From an uncultured Planctomycetota bacterium (lineage in GTDB: Bacteria; Planctomycetota; Planctomycetia; Isosphaerales; Isosphaeraceae): DNA of 64,000 bases. A program made the position numbers and the translations under genes. The DNA is taken from contig CAWJTV010000015.1 in assembly GCA_963845755.1 (NCBI GenBank), forward strand, positions 213,306-277,305, in the 5' to 3' direction. Under the pieces are notes generated by a model that saw only the letters and a list, made by a program, of their open reading frames with translations, searched no databases and was not told the DNA's origin. How positions within the stretch are numbered: position 1 is the first letter of the stretch; each line of letters begins with the position of its first letter. Positions 41,303-51,996 of this stretch are shown piece by piece.

Positions 41303-41563
41303 ATGCAACTCGGGCGAGTCATCGGTACAGCGACAGCGACCGTGAAGCATCCGACCTTCGAGAGCGAGCGCATGCTGGTGGTTCAACTCGAGACGTCGAG
41401 CGGAGGGCCGGACGGCGAGCCGATCCTGGCATTCGACCGGCTCGGAGCGCGACAAGGCGATCTGGCATTGCTCACCAACGATGGCGCGGCGCTTCAGGAA
41501 CTGCTGGGGAAAACCACGCCAGGTCGTTGGAGCGTGATGGGGCTTCCGGACGACCGGTCTTGA
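41303..41563 (+). CDS. BMC-P vertex protein 2
   Basis: MQLGRVIGTATATVKH..AFDRLGARQGD. Confidence 0.88.
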   Translation: MQLGRVIGTATATVKHPTFESERMLVVQLETSSGGPDGEPILAFDRLGARQGDLALLTNDGAALQELLGKTTPGRWSVMGLPDDRS

Positions 41564-41577
41564 AAGAGGGGCCAGAG

Positions 41578-41856
41578 ATGAGGATCGGCGAAGTGATCGG
41601 GCGAGTCACACTATCGCGTTTCTGTCCCCCACTCCAGGGAGGACGTTTCCTGATCGCTCTACCGTTGCCGCTCGTGGCACTAACCGAAGACTCGCCGGCC
41701 CGCGGGGAAGAACTGGTCGTCTACGACAACCTCGGGGCCGGCCCGGGCAGCCTGATCGGAATCAGCGAGGGCCGCGAGGCCGCCAACCCGTTCGGCAAGA
41801 CCAAGACCCCCGTGGACGCCTATTGCGCGTGCCTTATCGATCGAATCTCAATTTGA
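41578..41856 (+). CDS. BMC-P vertex protein 3
   Basis: MRIGEVIGRVTLSR..VYDNLGAGPG..SEGREA..PVDAY. Confidence 0.88.
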   Translation: MRIGEVIGRVTLSRFCPPLQGGRFLIALPLPLVALTEDSPARGEELVVYDNLGAGPGSLIGISEGREAANPFGKTKTPVDAYCACLIDRISI

Positions 41857-41967
41857 CCTGATTACATTCCAGCTTCGAAATGAGGTCCAACCGAGTCTCC
41901 ACGCAGTCGCCTGAAACTCGGGAATCTCGAATCCGGAATCTGGAATTCCGATCTCTGAAAGGACGTC

Positions 41968-42970
41968 ATGAACGGCAATGGCAACGGCTCGGTGATGAAC
42001 GAGTGGAAGCTCCGCGAGCAGATGTGCGAGATCGGTCGGCGCGTGTACAACAAGGGCTTCGCGGCGGCGAACGACGGCAACATCAGCTACCGGTTGAGCG
42101 AGGACCGCGTCCTCTGCTCGCCGACCCGCGTCTCGAAGGGCTTCATGAAGCCCGACGACCTATGCATCGTTGACATGGACGGCAAGCAGGTTTCCGGCAA
42201 GCGGAAGCGATCAAGCGAGATCCTGCTGCACTTGACCATCATGAAGGCGCGGCCGGACATTCGGTCGGCCGTCCACTGCCATCCTCCGCATGCGACGGCG
42301 TTCGCCGTGGCGCGGGAGCCGATCCCGAAATGCGTCCTGCCCGAGATCGAGGTCTTCCTCGGCGAGGTGGCGATCTCCCCCTATGAGACACCCGGCGGTC
42401 AGACCTTTGCCAACTCGGTGCTCCCCTACGTCAAGGACACCGACACCATCCTCCTGGCCAACCACGGGACCATCACCTACGGCACCGACCTGGAAGACGC
42501 CTACTTCAAGACCGAGATCATCGATGCCTATTGCCGCATCCTGATCCTGGCGAAGCAAATCGGCCGGGTGCACTACTACGGCGACGACAAAGCAGCCGAG
42601 CTGATCCGCCTCAAGCCGGGCCTGGGCATCCCGGATCCTCGGCTGGAGCGGGGCCTGGAAAATTGCGATCTCTGCGGCAACAGTCTGTTTCGCGAGGGCT
42701 ATGACGAGGCTCCGCCCGAGCCCCACGTCTTCATCCATCCCAAGATCGCCGACAGCGTACCCTCATGAATCCCCCATCGAGGGGTGCCTGACACCCATCG
42801 CGTCCGAGGTCCATCGGCGCGTCGTGGCCGCGACGTCCTCTGTGGCCGCGTCATCGTCGGCCAAACCATCGAGCAATGGCCAGGTCCAGGCGAACGGATC
42901 GGATAATGAGGCACTTGTTCAGGCGATCACAAACCAGGTCATGCAGGCTCTGAACGGGGCGGCCAGGTAA
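41968..42970 (+). CDS. Class II aldolase (fuculose-1-phosphate aldolase-like) with C-terminal encapsulation peptide; indel near 42760
   Basis: AANDGNIS, SSEILLH, HCHPPHATAF, LANHG; tail DNEALVQAITNQVMQAL in the shifted frame. Confidence 0.9.
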
Positions 42971-43006
42971 CGCGATTACGCCGGTAAGAAAGGCGGAGAA
43001 CGACTC

Positions 43007-44108
43007 ATGAAAGTCAGCATCATCGGCGGTGGCGGCCTGGTCGGATCGTCCGCAGCCTTTGCGCTTCAATGTGGCGGGGTGGTCAGCCAGATCGATCTGA
43101 TCGACCTCAACGCTGACCAGGTTAAGGGGCAAGCCCTCGACCTTCTGCACGGGGCCTCACTCGCCGCCGACCAGCGGATCCGCGCGACTGGCTACGAGGC
43201 GATCCCCGAGAGCGACGCCGTCGTCATCACCGCCGGCCTGCGGCGCAAGCCCGACGAGAGCCGCCTCGATCTGATCAACCGTAACGTCGAGCTGTTTCTG
43301 AACATCCTCAGCCAGATCGCTTCGGCCGGCTTGAAGCGGGACGCGATCGTGCTGGTCGTCTCCAACCCGGTTGACGTCCTGACGTATCTGGCCGTGCGTC
43401 AGCTCGACCTCCCGGAGACGCAGGTCATCGGGCTCGGCACCCAGCTCGACACGGCGCGGTTCCGCAGCCTGATCGCGGAGGGGCTCCAACTGCCTCCCAC
43501 GCAGGTCACGGCGCTGATCCTCGGCGAGCACGGCGACAGCATGGTGCCGATCTGGTCGACCGCCCAGGCCGCCGGCCTTCCGCTGGATCGCTTCCCCGGC
43601 TGGAGCTCCACCACCGCCGAGGCGATTCTCAAGCGGACGCGCGGCAGCGGCGCCGAGGTGATCAAGCTCAAGGGTGGCGCCGGATTCGCCGTGGGGTTAT
43701 CAATCCGCGACGTCATTCACACTGTGGCGCACGACCAGAAGCGCATTCTGCCGGTCTCGTCCTTGATCGACGGCCCGTACGGGATCCGCGACGTCTGCCT
43801 CTCGATCCCGACCGTGATCGGCCGCAAGGGGGTCGAATCCCAGCTCGAGATCGAGCTCTGGCCCAAAGAGACCTCGGCGCTCCAACATTCAGGGCAGGTC
43901 CTCCGCGAGACCATCGAAGCGGTCTACAAGAGCAACCCCAAGGCGGCGGGCAAGACCAGGCCGGCTGAAACGGGAGCGACCAAGGCTCCCGCCTCGAATG
44001 GCAACTGCGCGTTCGCCGGTCCGTGTGACGATGGGTGCTGGGGTCGGCAACGGGACACCTGGGAGTTCTCGCGTCACGATCTCCGGCCAAGGGAAGGGGA
44101 AGCGCTGA
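43007..44108 (+). CDS. L-lactate/malate dehydrogenase family protein with low-complexity tail; probable indel near 44005
   Basis: IIGGGGLVG, ITAGLRRKPDESRLDL, VSNPVD, GTQLDTARF, LGEHGDS. Confidence 0.88.
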
Positions 44109-44112
44109 CGTC

Positions 44113-45468
44113 ATGGAAAAGTCACTCGTCCGCAAGCTCGCCGCGATCCACGCCGATGCGAATTGCCGCGACTTCCTCATCGCCGACGCCAAGGACGGCG
44201 ACATGGCGTTGGGCCTCGGAGCTCCCGGCCAGTCGCCGGAGATGCACGCGGGTGAGGTCCGGTTCAAGACGCTGGAAGAGTACCGCGACCAGATGCGGCT
44301 GATCGCGCGCTCGGGACTGGTCGATATTATGCTCATGTCGGCCAGTTCGAACTATGCTTTGACGATTCAAGAACGACTCTTCGACCGGTCCCCTGTCACT
44401 CCCGCGGTCCGCGCGAACGACACCACGGACATCCACCTCGCCCGGGGCGCGAGCTATTCGCAGTCGCCGTCACGTCCTTTTCGGACCGCCAGCCTCGACC
44501 ACATCCAGTGCGGACACCTCGATTGCGAGCCACGAGAACGGACCGTCGGGGCCGACCTGGGCCTCTACAGCGTGACCTTCAATAACAACCTCGAGCGCGA
44601 CCTCGAGACCCTCGTCCGGTTCCACGAGTTCCGCGAGGAGGCCGAGCGCAAGGGGTTCCGATACTTCCTCGAGGTGTTCGATCCGAACGTCCCCGGCGCG
44701 GTCGCGCCGGAGGTCCTGCCAAACTACATCAACGACATGATCACCCGGATGCTGGCGGGCGTCGGCCCGGCCGGGCGACCGCTGTTTCTCAAGATGGTGT
44801 ATCACGGCCCCAAGGCCATGGAAGAGCTGGTCCGGTTCGATCCCCACCTGGTCGTCGGCATCCTGGGCGGCTCGGCCGGTACCACGCGCGACGCCTTCCA
44901 ACTCCTCCACGATGCCCAGAAGTACGGGGCAAGGGTCGCCCTCTTCGGCCGCAAGATCAACAACGCCGAGAATCAACTGGCGTTCGTCCATTTCCTCCGC
45001 CTGATCGTCGAGGGCCGGATCGGACCAGCCGAGGCCGTGAAGGCGTATCATTCGGTCCTGGGACGGCTAGGTCTCCGCCCCCATCGCAATCTGGACGACG
45101 ACCTCAAACTGACCGACCAGTCGATGAGCTACGCCGGAACCTCGACCACGATCGCCACGGGCAGCTCATCGAAGTCCGAGGCATCGCCTGCCAGCAACGG
45201 CGCGCCGAGAACTCCGACGGCGAATCGCCTGGATTCGACCAGTTGCCCGTGCCAGTCGCACGCCGCCGGCCACTCGGGTGCGTCGGAGACGTGCGCGTGC
45301 ACGAATGGCCGACCGCTCGTCACGGAGTCGTACTCGGTTTCGCGCTACAACCATCCGACATCGAGCGGCAACGGCCGGACGCAATCCAACATCCGGCCGG
45401 ACTTCGCCCGGATGACGCCGGAGGATCGCCTGGCCTATCATCGCGAACGGCTCGGACTGGGGCGTTGA
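44113..45468 (+). CDS. Uncharacterised TIM-barrel/class I aldolase-like protein at the end of the BMC operon
   Basis: DIMLMSAS, FLEVFDPN, FLKMVYHGP, ILGGSAG, ALFGRKIN; disordered linker and short C-terminal helix. Confidence 0.6.
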   Translation: MEKSLVRKLAAIHADANCRDFLIADAKDGDMALGLGAPGQSPEMHAGEVRFKTLEEYRDQMRLIARSGLVDIMLMSASSNYALTIQERLFDRSPVTPAVRANDTTDIHLARGASYSQSPSRPFRTASLDHIQCGHLDCEPRERTVGADLGLYSVTFNNNLERDLETLVRFHEFREEAERKGFRYFLEVFDPNVPGAVAPEVLPNYINDMITRMLAGVGPAGRPLFLKMVYHGPKAMEELVRFDPHLVVGILGGSAGTTRDAFQLLHDAQKYGARVALFGRKINNAENQLAFVHFLRLIVEGRIGPAEAVKAYHSVLGRLGLRPHRNLDDDLKLTDQSMSYAGTSTTIATGSSSKSEASPASNGAPRTPTANRLDSTSCPCQSHAAGHSGASETCACTNGRPLVTESYSVSRYNHPTSSGNGRTQSNIRPDFARMTPEDRLAYHRERLGLGR

Positions 45469-46349
45469 TTGTGTTGTCGGCGCCCGACTCGCCCGGCCCC
45501 TTTCGTTTCGCATGCTGCTCGGAAAGATGGGCCGAGGCGGGCTGACCCCCGGAGGATCACGAAGGAAGTGAGAGAGCCACCCTGAGCCTCGCCGCTACCT
45601 GACAACGGTCCGATGACTAGCTCGTACTTGGCCTTGCGATAGGCGCCCACCCCGAGATCTCCGGCCTCTTCTATTCATTCATTCAGTAGTGTGGCGTTCG
45701 CCACGAAAGACGCACGCATCGATACGTCGGTGTAACGTAGGAAAGAAATGGAACACTGCTAAATATTGCTCGTATTTTGGATGAACGGGTGGACGGTGTC
45801 TTCTCTAGACCGCGTATTTTGCCGCATTATTAAGCAATCTCCGTATCGTGCCAAATGACATGAAGCAGCAAGCCACGTCGCGAAAAAAGGTCCGTGACAG
45901 TTGACCCAATATCAAATAGTGCCACCCTGTTGAGGGTTACGCCGTTCGGGCAACGAGGTCGCCTCAGACACATCCGACACCGGTCAGTAGGCTGTGTGAC
46001 ACGATTCCCCTTCATCTCCCGCACAGGTGAGAACGCCAGAGACGCGGCCGGATGCGCCGGTAATCGGCGTGTTTTTTGCTCGGAAAAATGACCAGAGGAC
46101 TCATTTTTCTGGTGGCCCCAATCCACGCTTGCATGCGCTCTCATCCCCGATCGGCTCGCCCGACCCGAACGCGGGTGGCGTCCTCCGTTCGCCCCGAGCG
46201 GCAAATGGTGGACGTATAAAGCGCGCGGAGGCGAGGATCGGGGCATCGGGACGAATGTGCCAACGATCTCTGCGCCTTCTCCACGGGACATCGAAGCGCC
46301 CGGCGCTTCTCGTTTGACTCATCATCGAACCTCTCTCGCCAGGAGTGCA

Positions 46350-47911
46350 ATGATGACAATCTTCCCGATCCGATCCTCGAAGAGTCGGTCGTCCCGGTGC
46401 CGGCCGTCGCGTTGCATCGCGCTCGGGCCGTCTTTCTCCCGCAGGCCTGCGACCTCGAGGGCCGCATGCTGCTGAGCACCCTGACGGTCGTGAACGATCG
46501 GGACAGCGGGCCGGGTTCACTGCCCCAGGAAGTCGCCCTAGCCGGCAGCGGCGACACGATCGCCTTCGCACCCGGCCTGGCGGGGCACACCATCCACCTG
46601 ACATCCCCGCTGAACTTCAACGGGAACCTGACCCTCCGTGGGTCAAGGACCGGTGGCTTGACGATCGTGGACGGATCGGGTGTGGCCATGAACGACACCG
46701 GCGGCAACCTGGTGATCAAGGACATGTCCATCGTGGGCGCCATCCATGTCGTTGACGGCAACGTCGAGGTACACGACAGCACGATCTCCGGTGGCCACGC
46801 TTCCCAGGGGGGCGGCATCTACGTTCTCAACGGCAACCTCGAGATCAACCACAGCACGATCATCGGCAACACGGCGATCCAGGGGGGCGGTATCTACGCG
46901 GCCGGCGGCAATGTCGAGATCAACCATTCCTTCCTCGCGAACAACACGGCGATCGGGACTGCGGGAGGCACCGGGGCCGCGGGTGGCGACGCGATGGGAG
47001 GCGGCATGTATTTCGCCGGCTCCAACATGGAGATCAATCACACGGACTTCTCGGGCAACCTGTCGCTCGGCGGCCGGGGCGGCAACGGCGCGGCCAGAAC
47101 GTTCACGGCGGTCGCCGGCCAGAACGGCGGCAATGGCGGCAACGGCCTTGGCGGCGGGATCTTCATCACCTTGGCCGGCATCATCAATCTCGACCACGAT
47201 TCGTTCTCTCAGAACATGGCTCAGGGTGGCGCCGGCGGTACCGGCGGCGCCGGCGCCTTGGGTGCGCCGGGCTCAAACGGCATCCATGGCGCCGATGGCA
47301 ACAGCGGCGGAGCCATCGGCGGCAATGGGACCGCAGGGACCGATGGCGGCAACGGCAAAGCCGGCGGGTCTGGGGGCCACGGCGGCAGCGGGGGCTATGG
47401 CGAGGGAGGCGGCCCTGTTCATCGCCTCGTCCACGGTCCACGTCAACCAGGACACGTTCGACCACGACGTCGCCCTGGGTGGCACCGGTGGAGCGGGGGG
47501 GATTGGCGGAGCGGGTGGCGCCGGCGGGCACGGCGGCAATGGGGGCAACGGCGGCAACGGAGCGAGCGGCCTGCCCGGCGGTAGCGTCGGCGGCACCGGC
47601 GGCAATACGGGCAGCGGGGGCAACGGCGGGACCGGTGGCGCCGGTGGCCACGGCGGTGATGGGGGCAACGGCCTCGGCGGCGGGATCTACAACGCCGGCT
47701 CGCTCGACATCAACAAGACGACCTTCAGCGCCGAAGCCGCGCTGGGCGGCGCCGCCGGCGCCGGCGGTAGGGGCGGGGCCGGCGGCGCGGGCGGGCTCGC
47801 CGGCACACCGGGCCGCGGAGGGATCGGCTACAGCAGTAGCGGTGTCGCCACCACCGCGCCCTCCGGCGGCGCCGGATTCAATGGAACCGCCGGCCCCGCC
47901 GGGCTCGCTAA
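46350..47911 (+). CDS. Planctomycete secreted glycine-rich (PGRS-like/beta-helix) protein; indels near 46410 and 47410; 3' end uncertain
   Basis: DLEGRMLLSTLTVVNDRDSGPGSL, repeated GGGIY and GGxGGxGG. Confidence 0.75.
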
Positions 47912-50900
47912 TTCCCTCCCGATGTCGATTGACGCGCGAACGGGTCGGCGGGGAACTCGAGGTCCAGAATCAGGCCCTGGAAGTCGGGCCGCGACCGGAT
48001 CGGGTCCAGATCCGGATCTTTCCGGGCCCAGGAGGTATTATGCCAGCCGGCATCCACAGCCCGTCGAAGAGCGACCATCGCCGCGTCGGCTTCGCCCCCG
48101 TCCTCCCCGGTCGATAGGCCGGAACCCGACCTGTCAGCGACACTCGAGAGTAACGCGAGTGAGCAGGCGAGGTTATAGAGCGTCCCCGGCGCTCGGGCTT
48201 GCCAGCCGCCCGAGCAGTTCGGCCGAAGCGCGGAAGTCCGCAGCCGCCTCGGCAACCCGGCCGCGTCGTTGGTTCAACACTCCGCGGCGGCGAACGGTGT
48301 CGGCCAGGTTGGTCCGGTTCAAAGATATCGATGGGTCGGCATCAAACATTTTCCGACGGATCGCCAACGACCGCATCGAAGCACGCAACGGACTTGTCGA
48401 ACGTCGCCAACGCCTCCGAGGACTTGCCCATCGCGTCGAGGAGGTTGCCGAGGTCCGCGGAGACCACGGCGGCGTCGAGCTGGAAGCTGAGGTCGCCCGG
48501 GTGGGCCTTGGCCAGCCGCTCCGCGACCTCCTCCGCCCATTCGAGCAACGCCAGCGCCTCGGTCGTTCGCCCAGTCCGGCGGTGGATGTCTCCGATTCGG
48601 CGGAGGACGAAGATCAGTTGGGCAGGGTGTCGCGTGACGGTGGGGTTCGCCTTCATCAGGGTCTCGCGGGCCGTCCGGGCACGCTCCAGCGCGGGGAGGG
48701 CCTCGGTGTCCCGTCCGAGCCGGATCATGGCATCGGCGCTCGCCAACTCGATCCAGGCCGAGGCGGAGGGGACGAGCAGGAGGGTCGGGTTTGCGTCGCC
48801 CAGCCCCTTGAGTACCTCCCTCGCCCGCTGATAGGCCGCCAGCGCCTCGGCCGGGCGGCCGGTTCCGGACAAGGCGATCCCCATATTGCCGAGGCTCCGG
48901 ACCAGCTCATGTGCGGTCCGGGGGTCCTCCGGGTGTGTCCGAAACAACGCCTCGCCCAGCTCGCACGCCCGCCTGTACTTCGGCAGTGCCTCCTCCCGTA
49001 GTCCGGAGTCGTCCAGGATCAGGGCCAGGGCCCCGTAAACCTCTGCGAGCTCGGTCCGGAAGTGCTCGTCCGCCGGATTCGCTCCGATCGGAGTCATCAG
49101 GATCGCCAGCGCACGTTCAATCGCCTCCTGCCCCTCACCGGAGCGATGATTCGAATGGAGGGACATTCCACGCATCAACTCGGCTCGGGCCCACTCGCCC
49201 CGGAGCCGGAGGTCGGACGATTCGGACTCGGCCAGCCCCCGAAAGAGATCCCTCGATCGTTCGAACATTTCGAGGGCCTGGTCGTCCTGGCCGACACTCC
49301 CAACGATCATCGCGAGGGCCAACAGGCCGCGCGCGAGCTCGCGTCGCGGCTCCGCATCGGCGGGGTCCTCGCGGGCCAGGGCTTCGAACAGGGTCAGGGC
49401 GTGCCGGTGGATCTCGAGTCCCGCGTCCATCGACTCGATGTCGCTCGAGAGCTCGCCGACGTCGTAGTAGGCGCGACCCAGGGCCAGGCGCGATGCCCGA
49501 TCTTCCTGGCCCTTGAGCAGGCCTTCCAGCTTTCGATAGAACTCCCGCGCCCCCTGGAGCAGCTTGGTTCGTAGAGCCTTGAACTCATCCTGTTTCAGAA
49601 GGACATCCGCGCTGACGCCGGTGTGGAAGGTCCGGATCGCCTCTTGCGCCAGTGCGAAGCGGGCCCGCTCTCGTTCGTTGGCCGCCGCCAGGTTGGTGTT
49701 GGCCGCCTTCAGGGCCTGGTTGGCCCGAGTCTGCACCGCCAGGACGGCAGCCGTCCCGACCAGAGCCGCAAGCACAGTGATCGCCGCGGCCGCGACCTGC
49801 GTCCGGTGCCGCCGTGCCCACCGCCGCGCCCGACGGACAAACGGCTCGCGCCAGGCCGTCACCGGCTCGTCGGCTAACCAACGCTCCAGATCCTCGACCA
49901 GTTGCCGGCAGGAGGGGAAACGGTCCTCGGCCTTCGTCGCCATGGCCTTGAGACAGACCGCCTCCAGCGCCGGATCGATCGAAGGGTCGACCTGCCGGGG
50001 TGGCGGGAAGTCGCCGCGCGCGACCTTGCGGAGCACCTCGCCGACGTCGCCGTCGAACGGCGCCTTGCCGGTGAGGAGGCAGTAGAGCGTGGCGCCGAGC
50101 GAGTAGACGTCGGAGCGCGGCCCGAGCCGATCCAGATCGCCCGCGGCCTGTTCCGGGCTCATGTAAGCGGGCGTCCCCATTGCAGAGCCGGGGAGCGTCT
50201 CAGCCGACCCGCTGGCCGACGAAGGCATCAGCGTCCGCTCTTCCGGGTCGGTGCCGGGCTCGGCCCGGCCAAGGGGCTTGGCCAGGCCCCAGTCGACGAC
50301 GAGCGTTTCACCATGCTTGCCGACGATGACGTTACCCGGCTTGATGTCGCGGTGCAGCACGCCGCGGGAATGGGCGTAGTCGATGGCGTTGCAGACGTCC
50401 ATGAACCGGCGCAGGAGGCGGCGGAGTTCGAGGTCTCGCGTGCTCGCGCCTGCCGTATGGAAGCGTTCGATGGCGTCCTTGAGGCTGTCGCCCTTGATGA
50501 ATCGCATCGCGTAATAGGGGCGGCCACCGTCGTAGGTACCCAGGCCGTAAACGGGGACGATGCCGGGATGCTCGAGGCCACCAGTGATCTCGGCCTCGAT
50601 CAGGAAGCGCTGTCGGCTCGTCACGTCGTCGGCGTGGTGGTCGAGGATCTGCTTGAGCGCCACCTCGCGGTTGAGCTCGGTGTCCACGGCAACGAACACG
50701 GCGCCGAGGCCGCCCTGTGCGTGAGGGCGGAGGACGCGGAAGCGCTGGCCGTCGGCGGTGGTGGTTCCGACGCAGTAACTTGAGGTGCGGTCGTCGACCC
50801 TATCCGAGGACCCGGAGCCAACGTGAGCCAGCGTGTTTTCGATCATCGGGGTCGGCGATCTTCGCCAGGCTCTCGCGGGTGGAGAGTCCGACGTCGAGGG

Positions 50901-51144
50901 CCGAGAGACTCCTCTCGGGGTCGCCACCGTGAAGTTCGAGCTGACGGTCGGCGAGCGCCCGGAGCAGGTCGCGGCCGGCTGGGTCGAGCGCCCCCTGCTC
51001 GACGAGCAGGTCGGCAAGCACTCGGCTCTGGCCGCCGGTCCAGGCGCCGAATGCGGCGACAAGCTGGTCGCGAGAGACCATACCCGTTTGCAGGGCGAGC
51101 AGTCCGAAGAGGAGGTCGCGTTTCGCGTCGTCGCGTCGTGCCAT
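47908..51144 (-). CDS. Ser/Thr protein kinase with TPR repeats; several indels
   Basis: DLLFGLLALQ N-terminus, HAQGGLGAVF, VALK, HRDIKPGN, DWGLAK, GTPAYMSPEQ, TPRs, C-terminal DPDLDPIRSRPDFQ. Confidence 0.92.
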
Positions 51145-51996
51145 CAATGCAGCTCCCAGGCTCTGGGCAGTGAAGACGTGCGTGGTTGGCCGGTCGCCCG
51201 CCACGGCCGTTGTGACATCGTGCGGCCATAGCCCATGATACGCATCGCGTCGAAGCGAGGGTATGGAAAACGCGCGACAGGTTATGCCCATTCGGACGTA
51301 AGGAATCGACATGGCGATCGGGATGTCCGGTCGGGTGGACTGGCAGATGGACTGGATCGCCTGGAACGGGTGGCACTTTCGGTGTATCTTCCGCGCCACG
51401 ATGACGCGGCTGCCGCCCGCTTCGAGAAACTTACCCGCATGTCGGGGATGGATGAGCGGCGGGCGTTTCGCTCCAGCCCTCCTGAGAGAAGTCGTAAGGG
51501 CTCAACCAAGAGCACGACGACGATGACCGCTTCGGCACCGGCCGGCCCTTGGTCAACCCGCGATTTGGAGGAATCCTGAGGTTCGATGGGATCGATCAAA
51601 GAAGGTGTCACCGCAGACTAATCAAGCGCTCGCTGTGATTCAAGACCCTCGATCTGGTTTTTTTTCTGGATGTGTCGTAGGGAGCGGCCGCATCTCGCGC
51701 GTAGTCTCGACTCCGAACGAGGATTCTCGGATTGTGCTGGACTTCAGAGGTGGTCAGGCCGGCACGATGTTGATCCGTCGCAAGGGTTCAGCCTGCAAGA
51801 GCTTCTATCCACCGACTGGGAGTCGATTCCCAACGTCATCGCGCGATCAGAAGCCCAGATTCGCAGCGCGCCACTCCTGTCCCTTTTTCGGTCCAGGCCT
51901 GCTATGCTGTTCCGGTCCGAATCGCATATCGCTCGGGGGCGGTCCGCTGGGGACCTCCCGCCGATGCCCCATGATACCAGAGCGGGAGTCGCGAGT

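Noticed and set aside
41920..41952. Heptamer run GAATCTC/GAATCCG/GAATCTG/GAATTCC (similar at ~57665)
   Set aside because: Short degenerate intergenic heptamer repeat; no evidence of a specific function
45660..46100. Possible riboswitch/ncRNA in the long intergenic region (GAAA..GACGCA resembles c-di-GMP-I)
   Set aside because: The GGCAAA lead-in and P2/P3 pairing could not be built; needs a covariance-model search
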